NCBI GenBank assembly: GCA_051362555.1 | Contig: CM120644.1 | Location: forward strand, 9,308,954 to 9,372,953 | Source: Lingula anatina | Taxonomy: Eukaryota > Animalia > Brachiopoda | Direction: 5' to 3' | Length of the DNA: 64,000 bases | Made by a program: the position numbers and the translations under genes | In this document: positions 52,866-64,000 of the stretch, piece by piece | How the letters are laid out: every line of letters begins with the position of its first letter | Numbering within the stretch: the first letter of the stretch is position 1 | The notes under the pieces: model-generated | What the model was told of the DNA's origin: nothing | What the model saw: the letters and a program-made list of their open reading frames with translations, nothing else | The model's database searches: none

Positions 52866-53160
52866 TTTCTCCAGTTCTGCCACGCTTCCGGAAGTGATGT
52901 TGTGTTTATCTGATTAATGTCGCAAAAACAACACCAATGTAACATATCTTGAAATTATTACTACAGCAACTTAAGTGATTGATTTTACTTCTTTAAATTA
53001 TGTTCCTTCTTTGCACATTGTATTTTGTCTGTTTTCAAAGGAAGACGTGTTAACTTTGTGGTCAAAAGTTTACGACAATGAAGTACCTTCGCACGGAGAG
53101 CATATGTAAACATCAGACATTCCGGTGAATAAATGTGAGCGAAAATATCAATTTAAGTAA
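52866..53160. promoter_or_regulatory. Probable bidirectional promoter between SWEET and TRIM-NHL
   Basis: The genes are head-to-head. A palindromic double ETS core CTTCCGGAAG(TG) lies at 52885-52896 and a second TTCCGG near 53120. A candidate acceptor for the TRIM-NHL 5' UTR (ttctttcttcag) ends at 53550. Confidence 0.5.
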
Positions 53161-53998
53161 ATTCTGTGAATGAGAGTACAAGATTAATTATTCAAAACAC
53201 AAGTGAACTTTCATGCTATTCGTGTGCTGTCGTAATATGTACTTTTTGCGCACTAGGGCGGATAGCATTTCAAATAGTCTGTAGCCTAGGAACCGTAAAC
53301 ATATTTTGCATTCGCTAAATTATACCATACATAAGCACGAAAATGCATGCGCTAGCATACCTATTTAGGTTTTAAGATGTGTTCTTCATGTACTAACGTA
53401 GCAGGCATAGAAATATAATTAAAACTAAAAGAGCAAACGCATGACTGCTTGTGCTTAGGGTATATCTGATATATTACCAAATGTAATATCAATTAACTTA
53501 TTTATTAAACGGTCATAAATTTTGATGTAATGATTCCTTTCTTTCTTCAGTGAGCCAGACATCATTTGTTTAACAAAAGAACTATGTAACCTGCTTAGGG
53601 ACATAGGGACGCAGCTGGCCAGCAGTTGGCACTGAGGAATTCATAATAGTATGCTCACAGTATGGATGACAGCATGGGGCACTGGTATATCCAGTCATTT
53701 TAATACACAGCGGAGGAAGATTGAGCAATTGAACAATGACTACATACCATCATGTTTGATTTATCAAATATAATGACTCAAAACATTTTTAACTTTGGCC
53801 TCCGATGTTTCCAAGCAAACGGGCGTCAGTTTATCCTTTTTTTAAAATAATTTCTGCTATTCAAATTGAATGGCACTGCCCCTCTCAGCACAGAAAATTG
53901 GCAAACTATGTGTGTCTAGAATCCACAGCATGTGAATGTATGAATATGAATATTACAAAATACTTGTACAATGTAAATGAACAACACAAGAACATAAA

Positions 53999-56900
53999 AT
54001 GAGTGATGTTCCGTATTCTGCAGAGCAGATTGACGAACTGCTCAAATGTGCCATCTGTCTGGACCGCTTCCGCAATCCCAAACTTCTTCCATGCCAGCAC
54101 ACCTTCTGTGAGTCTCCATGTCTGGAGGGATTGCTGACGGCTGGGTCCAGGGTGTTGAAATGCCCAGAGTGTCGATCTGAACATTTTCTACCATTAAGTG
54201 GAGTCAGATCTCTGCCCAATAATAGATTCATTTTAAGCTTCCTTGATATTGCTAGAAATGGGAACCAACAAACGAGGACCTCTTCTTCTAGTTGTCAGGT
54301 AGGTTAAACGGGTACTGTATTTAGTTTTATTTCATTTTCACAATTTGAAAGAAATTGGTCATTAATTATTGTTTATTTTTCATTAGAATACGTCTTTAAT
54401 AATTTTGAAATGTGTTAGAAAAAATAAAATCATATATTAAATATGGATCTATGACAATTACTTCGCACTGTAAATTGTATTTTGATTTATTTTATTATAT
54501 AATTCAAATGCATGAAAACTGTAAAGTTAAAGGCAGAGTCTATGATGTTTTCAAAATTTAGGTTTGTGAAACAGAGGCTGCAGAAGCTCTAGTTAGGTGC
54601 GCTCACTGTAACAAGCAAGTCTGCGGCAACTGTCAAAGGTCACATGTCAATCAGCTGAAACATGAGGTGGGACGCCTCGTTAACCAAATGCGACGTGGTG
54701 TACCCAAGCTCTCTGATTGCATTGGTAGGGTGGAGCAGACCACCACTCATATTCAACAGAGGGCTGATGCCCTCAAGTCTGAAGTAACTCAGGTACTAAA
54801 AGGAATATTTTAAAGTAGCATTTTTACCACTGTTTTATTTGCCTTTATTATTATTTTTAGAGGTTTTTCATTAAGATAGTGACCAATACTTTAAATGTAC
54901 AAGTATTGTTGCCATGAAAGTTTGTGAAATTCTAGTTAAAAAAATTCTTTTACATGTAAAATTTGCAAATTAAAATAAAAACAAATGATTTCCACTATAT
55001 AGATTTCACATATATCAGTATTGTTTTATTTCTCTGACCAGGTGATAGAACTTCAGATCAAAGCCCTCAGAGACAGAGAGCGTATGCTGCACAGTGAGGT
55101 GGACACCTTCCTTCAGGCTGAGTCTAGATCACAGCGACTCCATCAAGAAAACATGGAAGTGGAACTGGCCAGTTTGTCCAGCTACTGTGATGCTACAGAG
55201 GATGTCCTGAACAGGGACAACAGTGCTGTCCCCGACCTCGACCTTGTCAACATGAAGAGGCAGTGCCAGGAGTATTTGGACCAGCTACAGGAGGCAACAC
55301 AGGAGGGGTCTGTCCCCAGGAGACAAATGAGGCTAGAGGTCCAGTCGCAACCCCTTCATTCTCACATAATGAACCTGGGACAGCTTGTAGTCTCTGCCAC
55401 AAGCACAAGATCAGCCAATGGACCCAGTAGTAGGCATGCTTATGGTAATACAAATTCTGAATTAAGTACAAGCAATTCTAATACTGGGTCAAGGTTAAGT
55501 CAAGGTAATCAAGGTCAAGTTAGCTCAGGTCAAGGTCAGTCAGGTCAAGGTCACTCAGGTCAGGCTAGTGGAGGTTCCAATGCTGCAGGCAGCAGGATAT
55601 CCCCAAGAGCTGTAGATAGAGGCTCGTATGCTCTATATGTGGGAAGTCACCATCTTGTTGATGGGTTGTCCCCAAGACAGAATCATCAGTTAGTGAGCCG
55701 TGGTTTGGAGACTGCTCTAAGTAGGCCAAGTGCCACTGCTTCAGTGAACACAAATAATGCACAGAGACTTCTCAACAGGGCACGGAATACATACAGTGGT
55801 AATGATGATAGGCCTGCAGGTATGATGGGAGGGGGTGCCAGCAGTACATATAGTCCAAGGCAGTTGAATAATAATGTCATCCCAAGGGATAGACAAAGGA
55901 ATGATATTAGTAGGACCACTCAGGGAGCAGCAAATACTTTCCCAAGGACTAATAGGTCAACAGCTTCAAACCAGACAGCCAGTCAGATTACAAGGCAGAG
56001 CCCACAACCAGTCAGAGATTCTGTACCAAATGGTACAGTTGAGACAAGAATTAGAGAAAGGACATTTGTGTTGGAGGATGCTAGTCAAGGTACCACTGAG
56101 GCGGATGAGAGGGATGGTACGCAGGCGAGAAGGTACCGAACCCCTGTGACATTTGACATTCCACTGGATGACAGCATCCTTGAAATTCTTGAGGAGACAG
56201 AGGATGTGAACCGTGCAGCTATATCATTCCGCTACAGCACCAGCGATAGTTCTGTGATTGCCTCTCCCAGAAATGGGTATCAAAGTAAAGGAGAGATGCT
56301 TTTGAAGATAGGTCAACGAGGGACAGATGCCAATAGGTTCACATGGCCGAGAGGTGTGGCCATTTTTCCTGACAATGAGAATATAGTTGTAGCTGACAGC
56401 AGTAATCACAGGCTGCAAATATTTGACAAACGTGGGAGGTTTCTGAAGACGTTTGGCTCCTATGGACAAGGGGAGGGAGAGTTTGACTCTCTAGCTGGGG
56501 TTTGTGTGAACAGTATGAGACAGATCATTGTTAGTGACAGGTATAACCATCGCATACAGATCTTAGACAGAAATGGTCACTTTGTTAAGGAATTTGGAGA
56601 AGAGGGTGATGGTGACGGGCAGCTTAGCTATCCATGGGGTGTGGCCTGTGATGACATGGGCTTCATTTATGTCTGTGACAAAGAAAACCATCGGATACAG
56701 GTGTTTCAGCTGGACGGAACTTTTGTCAGAAAGTTTGGCAGTTTGGGCAGTGAAAATGGCCAGTTCGAAAATCCTTATTATATCACTGTCAGTCCAGATA
56801 ATAAGGTTATTGTAAGTGACAGCAGCAACCATCGTGTACAGGTATTTGACACTTATGGACACCACCTGTTGACCTTTGGCTCTGTTGGTGTCCACCCTGG

Positions 56901-57132
56901 TCAGATGAAATACCCCAGAGGAGTAGCTGTGGATGATCAGGGCTTTATCCTGGTAGCTGATAGTGGCAATAATAGAATACAGGTTTTCAGGAGTAATGGC
57001 CAAAGTTTTTGTTCGTTTGGCAGCTGGGGGAGTGGTGATGGACAGTTGAAGGGTATAGAGGGCGTGGCTGTCATGGCTGATGGACAGGTTGTGGTATCTG
57101 ATAGGGAAAATCATAGACTTCAGTTGTTTTAG
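53999..57132 (+). CDS. nhl-1: TRIM-NHL E3 ubiquitin ligase, nhl-1/abba(thin)-like, ~873 aa, 3 coding exons
   Basis: Exons 53999-54298, 54562-54792, 55042-57132, all phase 0. RING CAICLDRFRNPKLLPCQHTFCESPCLEGL...CPECR, B-box-like CQVC..CAHC..C..C..H, coiled coil, S/G/Q-rich linker, six NHL repeats (FTWPRGVA...VADSSNHRLQIF). Confidence 0.9.
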
Positions 57133-57328
57133 CTTGGACTTGATATAGCAATAGAGGGACAGATTCTAGAAAAGGGTACTGTAACTGTTCTGAAATGGTA
57201 AGACAATTAACATGTTTTCTGTTTGCATGTGAGCATTGAAGGAGCAACGTTCAATTTAACATAACATTCAAAATTCAATGCAAAGATAACATTATGAAAG
57301 ATATCCTGGATGTAGTGCAGCTTCGACT

Positions 57329-57547
57329 TAGGGCGCATTCCCATAGACTTTAGATCGATCTATCCCCGTGGGGAGTCTCACTAGATTACAGTCAGATAAT
57401 CCGGCTTGAATGTCTGTCCCACCTACTACAAGCTGTAAGGGGGTAATTAACTGTCGTGTGGACTCAGCTGATTGCAATTTAGCATGAACCCCCAGGGAGT
57501 TAGGTCGATCTAGTAAGATCGATCTAAATCTCTGGAAATGCCCTCTA
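57329..57547. mobile_element. Palindromic MITE in the TRIM-NHL 3' region
   Basis: TAGGGCGCATTCCCATAGACTTTAGATCGATCT / AGATCGATCTAAATCTCTGGAAATGCCCTCTA inverted ends. Internal AGCTGA.TGCA.TTAGC...GAGTT.GGTC.ATC is shared with the 48954-49020 region. Confidence 0.65.
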
Positions 57548-59335
57548 ACTCACGTGTACACACTGGTAAAAGTAGAATCTATTTGCCTTCAGAACTGGGT
57601 GAAGTAGGACCCAGGACATGCTGGGGAGGGGGGGGGGGAGTGTCCATCTGCCTGTATAAGTGAGTTTGGTTTTAAGCAGGACGCTATTCAGTTAGTGATT
57701 ATGCAAGTTAAATGCAGGGGAAAGGGGAGAGTGATTTTGGTTGGTAATAGATAAGTAAAGGATTTTAAAAGAATCTGGTGCTTTACTGTCAGTGGTCAGT
57801 GTTATGTAAAACTGTGTAGTACCTGTATATATATATATATATGTATGTATTTATCTCATTCCACTCCAGTTGTTACACAAAGGCAGTACACACAGACTTC
57901 AGTTCAAAGAGGTGCACCATTTAATGATCAAAGTGTTTGAAGAAAGATATTGAAGATGAATAAAATACATTATTAGCCACTCTTGATATTGGAATGATGT
58001 GGGTTAATTAATTGAGAAAACAATTATTCATTTTCTTTCTTTTCTTTGTTGTATGTATGCTGTATTGTATCACTGTGTTAGTTTTTATGATGAAGCTCAA
58101 TTCAATTTACAGTTTTCATATTAACATTTTGTATTTACGTATTTAACATTGGAATATTTTTAATTGGTGACTACTTTTAAGTTTAGGAATATTTTTTCAA
58201 ATGTATCTTTGAAACAAAAAGTGTTTAAAGAAGCTTTAATTTTTCCTGACTCTGAACTTTTTGCTTTCAGTTAAACTGACAATTTTTTTTTTAATATTGC
58301 AAAAAAAAAAAAAAAAAGAAAAAGAGGATATCTTTGTTAATGTCTTATACTGGTAGTTTATATGACTGTACTCTTGTTATATTGATATTGTTATCATATT
58401 TTAGATAATTTTCATATAAATGAGATATTATGAGTTAGCATCTCAGAATATTATATGTAAACATGATTTATTGTGATATAGAAAAAAATATAGCAAAGTT
58501 TTTTTTTTTTTTTTTTTGAGAAATTTTGGAACATTCGAGTTGGACTGTCTGTAGATTTTATACGTGACTGTTATCATAAACGTGTTACCAGGTAATACAT
58601 TCTTGATGTTATCAATTAGTTAAGGGCAGTTTTACATTATGTAGACATATATTTTATAAGTCGACAGGTAATTTAATTATGCTTATATTTAAATGGATTC
58701 ATTGTGGAAATAGCGTTGGATGGAAGCATCTAATAATCAAGAAATTGGTAATAATAAATTTGTATATCTTTCCCAAATTGTTTTTGTGTTCATGAAAATT
58801 ATTTGGGTTTTTACAGAAGTAGAAAATAAAGTTATATTCCCACTTAAAAAAATATTTTGGTGCATTTTCCTTTATATATCTCCTATTCATTTCTCTATTA
58901 ATGCATTGTTCAGGTCGTTCAACATTGCGATAATTGTGTTAGATGTGACCGTCTAGTCAGCGCAAAAGACCTTGAACTTGGGTATAATATATCCATACGC
59001 AGTCGTCACGGTAAAGTTTTAGACTGAATAAGACTTCAATCATTTTGTCATCAAATCTGAATTTTTTACTTAATGCCTCACACCTGCTCTACTGTATACT
59101 ATTGCCATCAATATAACTATACGAATGTCATACAATACACAATATAATTTCGCACTAGCTATTGTCGCGTTATAGCATGCGTGTGTCTACGTCTGTTGAC
59201 AAAGCAAAGAGCTGAAGAAGTGAAGAAGTTAGAAGTAGGAAGTTACTGTCATCACGGTACAGCCTAATTTTAGATTGGAAAGGACCATTCATAAAATAGA
59301 AAGTGCATCGATTGGTTATTTGACAAGTATAGAAT

Positions 59336-62300
59336 ATGAAGATCATACCTTTTGTCTCTGTTTTTGTGGTGTTATTGACTTTGTTGAAGGTTCAGTCGAC
59401 CACATCAACGTCATCTAAAGAAAGCACAACAGTGACAACTGGCTCAACTCGCGCAGGTACTAGTACTACGACTGATCAAAGTACAGCAGGAACAACAGCT
59501 TTGCCATGGAAAGAAAGTAAGTAAACGTGCTGTATAATGCAGTGTTAAATGCACGACACAGTGTCGATTATCTTTGGATGGAAAATTATTTTAGTTGGTG
59601 TACAAAGTAGTGTATTTTAATGGGGTGGTTTGGACTTGAAGCTTCGCAAATATCACGTGAAATCTGGTAATCAAAATTTATAACACAGAGGGTGGGGGTG
59701 TAAAACTCGACTTTTTTCTAAACTAAAAAAGTGATTTCACTTCCCCCCATACTTATGTGTACCTTACAACTTCACGTGAAAGTGTCCTTTGCTTTCAGGC
59801 TTAAGTTTTTTTTTTTTTTGCATCTAGTTAAGTTTTACATCTGTGATAATGTGATGTGTTTCATTGTAATCGTTACAGTTGGCCAAAGTCTGTGATACAC
59901 ATTAAAATGAAAGTGACAAAGAAAAGTAAAACCACTTCTTTTTGAATTTATCTGCAGACAAGCAATACTTACTGGTGATAATGTAAACTAGAAATGCCTT
60001 GAAATGCCTCAATGGAGTACTGGTAGGAAGGGTAATCAAATGTACCCCCTCCTGCCAAACCATGTCACATGTCAACCATCTTCAGTCTTGACACAATTTT
60101 AAATCATTGGAATCTGGAAATCATTGCTGGAATTGAGATGACAAGGATTTTAAAAAATTGAAAAAAAAAAAAATAATAATAAAATAAAAATACTTTTGCA
60201 TGGGTCAGGGACATTAAAGTGTACTGAGATTGGTACAGAGTAATGAAAAGTTTCTTAAAAGAAAAGTCAAAGGTTGATTTGTTGGAGTAAAATACCTTTG
60301 CTGTTGAGAAATTGTGTTAAGTACAATTATTTTATGGTTAAATCTTACATTGTACACCTTTAAATCTCTTGACAAGCAAGGGAGTAGAAGACTAAAACAT
60401 AAATGAATTAAAATTCCAAAAGGGAACAGGAATGGAATAAGAAGACATACTTTTTATAGGCTCTTGGGTATAGAAATCCTACACAATAGCAGTTCTTATA
60501 TATGATGATACAGAATCCAGGATATACTTGCTGAATGTGGAAACCAGTCCGTTGGTCTCGAATTAAGTATAAGATGATAATATGAACATCCTCTAGTGTT
60601 AATTTGACTCTGTTACAGGATGTGCTCAGCATAATGGTTCGGATTGTGATGCCTCTGGCTGCCTTAACCCAGCTCTACAAGGAAAGGTAAGAAGTCCTAA
60701 GATATTCATTGACATGAAATTGAGAATCTCTATAAAATATGTTTGATCTCTTTTTGGTTTCTAATGAAATCATCACTTGTATCAATATTACTGTACTATC
60801 AAATTTGTAACAACTCCAAATTTAATTTCGTTAAGAAAAAAACTTAATTGCTTTATTAATAGTGCCGTTGTTTCTCTTTCTATAGAATTCTTACAATATT
60901 TTATCGTGTGCATTTTTCTAGTGCCTTTACTGCAGCAAGGACAAGTCATGTACAGAGTATATCCCAGGGAGTATGGGACTTCCCAACTCCAATTGTCCCC
61001 TTAATGATGCCAGGTGGGGCACCTGCCTTGGTAAGTAGTATGGAGATGTATTAGATTATTTACCAGTGTCCTTTCTGTTATTGAGGTCTTTATATTGAGA
61101 AAAATATAAGCAAGATAGTGAAGGGCTATGTTCTGTTGATTTATAAGGGTAATTATAATAAATATTGTTTAGTGGACATGAGATGATAAAATCAGTATTA
61201 ATGTTAGATACATATACGACTCTGTTTGACACATGGTAATTTTAATAACCACATTTAAAAAAAAGGCACAAAGAAAAATTTTTGTAAGTACTTCAGCAGT
61301 AACTATTAACTAGTTAATTGAAAAGTGGTCTTTATAATGACTCTCCAAAGTTACAGATCTTATTTTCTTTTCATTGCACACCAAATTATGTATAGAATGA
61401 TGATAATTTTAATACTTATCTGCTAACTTAAAAGAAAGATTACTAGGCCATATTGGCCCAAAGATCTGTCAAGACCCTTGCCAGCAGTGCATTGGGGATT
61501 GTTTCACCTGCACTCTGTATACTAAATCTATATGAGGCATTCCATACAAATTTATACAAGTTCCAATGCAATAACCATTCCTTAAAAGCATCTTTTAAGT
61601 TGTCAAGTGTTCTTCCTCCCAAATGAATAGAGTTTTCAGATATTAATAATACCCAGTGCTTCTGATTACTTTCTAGTGCAATTACCTCACTTATTGGTAA
61701 TATTGTCTCATTTCAGTTAATTTCCAAGCCCTGATCATTGCCATGGCGGTTGTGGCAGGTGTCATCTTGATAACCTGTGGCTGCTGCATCTACTGTTGCT
61801 GCTGTAGAGGAAAGAAAGGAATGAGCAAGTCGTGAGTGGAATTGATAATAGTGAATAAATGTTGTACACACAAAATATGAGTTAGCAATAAGTTTAAGCT
61901 TCTTGAGCGGATTGTTGGTGACAATATGTACAACAAGTCTTAGAATAATTGTTTTCACTTCAAAGTTTTTTAGAATTAGCAGACAGAAAACAGGCTTAAG
62001 CTGAGATTGTTGGTTTCTTAATGAATTGATGAAGCATATTGCTTTGGAAGTTATGTAAAGGTTACTAGATGAAATGGGGGGAAAAACAATTTGCAGTGAC
62101 ATTTATATACCTGTAGTATCATAACAGGATGCCAGGAATTGCAGTAGGGATGCTTTTAGATATCAAAACCAAACTGAACAATGAGGCTATTGATTGTCAT
62201 TCACATCACCGTGGCAATGCAAAATAGGAAAGACATTTAATGGGCCATTACTCTTTCTAGATTTATATTTAAATTTGTGTACAAAAAAATCAACTCTTAA

Positions 62301-62748
62301 TGACATTTTAGGGAAAGAAAGATGGAGGCCAAATATGAAAGGGAGAGGGAAGAAAGACAGATCAAACACCAGGAAAAGTAAGTATTTTGGTACTAATATT
62401 CAAAATTTATTTAAAACATGCATTTGGTTTCTGATTCACAGCAGGGAACTTATTGATGTGTAAAGCCAGAAAAGATTAAAAGCTGGGGTAGCGCTAACAC
62501 TCGCCAATTTAGCCAAATGCTAAAACTGACTGAAATTGGCTAAAGAAAAAGGGCTTGGTTTGACATGTTTTCGCCAAATTATAACCATTTTGATAACAAA
62601 TTGACAAAAATGTGATGATATGGCTAAGCGAAAATAATTGCTAGCGCTATCCCAGAAAAGTAAACGAAACTGGATTGTAATAGTGTCTTCTTTTTATTCA
62701 GGCGCAAAGAGCGGGAGAGCAAATATGATGACATCAGAAAGAAATATG
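59336..62748 (+). CDS. PTTG1IP: PTTG1-interacting protein-like (signal peptide, S/T-rich stretch, PSI domain, TM, Cys cluster); last exon not securely found
   Basis: Exons 59336-59516, 60619-60686, 60922-61030, 61717-61831, 62312-62377, 62702-62748. Motifs CLYC...C...CPLNDARWGTCLVNFQALIIAMAVV, CCIYCCCC, and KYDDIRKKYG are characteristic of the family. Confidence 0.88.
62483..62655. mobile_element. MITE with 5-bp target site duplication
   Basis: TIRs CTGGGGTAGCGCTAACA / TGCTAGCGCTATCCCAG, flanked by AAAAG direct repeats at 62478-62482 and 62656-62660. Confidence 0.75.
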
Positions 62749-63726
62749 GTAAGCAACTACACGGGCTATTAACTATTCCATTTTTAGCATGTTCATTTTC
62801 CCATATCTGGTTTAGACTTTCATGTGTTTGGGCTGCCTAGTAGATATAAAGAAAGCGAGAAAAAACGCTATCCAGTGTTATGGAACTAGTTTGAATGTTT
62901 GTGTACTGCACTGGCTCTGTTTGTGTATAGGGAGCATTTACTATGTAAAGATAACTTGACAATTTGATATTGAGTACACTGCTGTTGTCTTATAGATAAT
63001 TCCACAGCATTTTCCCCCTTCTGTAACATCTTTGTCCATCTGTAACAATACCTTTATCTCATATGCCCAGTAATAAAATATATTAAACATTTCTTAATGC
63101 TGTTATATTTTTTAATAGCAATAAAAATGATATAATATAGAATACTAGTTGTTTCAGAAAGGGAAATGCTGTACATTTGGCTTGATCAGATATTGACAAT
63201 TATTAGAATTATTGAGATAAAATGAGATGGTTTTTTGTCAACCAAATGAAAATATTGGTCGTTTGATAAAGAAAGGGGGGAGGGGGTGCAAAAAGAGTAA
63301 AGCATGCAATATATATATCTATCAGTGTAGTAACATGAACCTTTGTCTCTCATCCTTGCACTCAGGACTACAAAAAGGAGGTAGGATATCAAATTAGTGA
63401 CATAAGATAAAGCACATAAAATTCATGGCCATGGAACTGTATTTTGAGAATTGAGTGTTTTCACTTTTTGATTTGTGCCACATTTATAAAAGCCTTGACA
63501 GAATTAACTGATAGGCACATTTTATATCTTGTGTTTGGAGGTTTATGCTTTAGATTTGAGAATACAGTTCCTATGGTTTAGAATTATATCTGTCTCTTTC
63601 ACTTGTCACGTTGTTGACATGTTTTAGCCTTCTGTTTATTTGTGTTTTTGAAGTGCTGTTGATAACACTCTGATGCCTATCCCTCTGTTGGTAACTGTGT
63701 CCTTTCTGTTTAGAAACAAATTTACC

Positions 63727-63769
<43 letters not shown>

Positions 63770-64000
63770 TTTGATAGTATTCACTATTATTGCTCTGCAC
63801 AGGCTTCATCCTAACTTGATACCACAAAGGCTAGAGTCAGGTGTATGAATCTAGCCAGCTTGAAAGGGTCTGTTAGGACAAGGGCTACTTTAAATGGAAA
63901 TGGGACAAACATCCCAGTTGGATTTTAAATAATCAAGATCTGAAATGCATGACACTCAGTGAGGTGATTCGTTCTGAATCTATAAAGAGTGGGTTTGAAA

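Noticed and set aside
55247-57114. Several antisense or alternative-frame ORFs (up to 183 aa) in TRIM-NHL
   Set aside because: Shadow ORFs of a long coding exon; no independent signals.
63803-63819. Candidate last PTTG1IP exon (G-FILT-stop)
   Set aside because: Acceptor is plausible, but it lacks the family's C-terminal Y..F motif; the true exon probably lies beyond the window.

Overview
This is AT-rich, intron-containing eukaryotic DNA. Gene content suggests a marine invertebrate animal, probably a lophotrochozoan such as a mollusc (inference). The left half is a fast-evolving defence/secretome-type island. It holds two tandem, intronless LRR-transmembrane receptor paralogs without a TIR domain (<2-1621 and 12673-14517), separated by a transposon-dense spacer. 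That spacer contains a deleted mariner, a Ngaro/PAT-type DIRS retroelement with intact split direct repeats, a MITE and a decayed Tc1. Next come a secreted single-domain F5/8C (discoidin) gene, two tandem CAP-EGF-ShKT genes and a DXD (GT32, SUR1/CSH1-like) glycosyltransferase. The right half has conserved genes: SWEET1/SLC50A1 head-to-head with a TRIM-NHL (nhl-1/abba-like) gene, and a PTTG1IP-like gene. The most unusual observation is inside the Ngaro element. Its RT breaks off at a poly(A) tract, RNase H and tyrosine recombinase are absent, and a ~240-bp tandem array takes their place. Each unit folds into a three-way junction plus a hairpin, with compensatory base changes between copies and G-U/G-T pairs that favour the antisense (cDNA) strand. 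All exon models were read by eye from GT-AG sites and frame continuity; no database searches were run.
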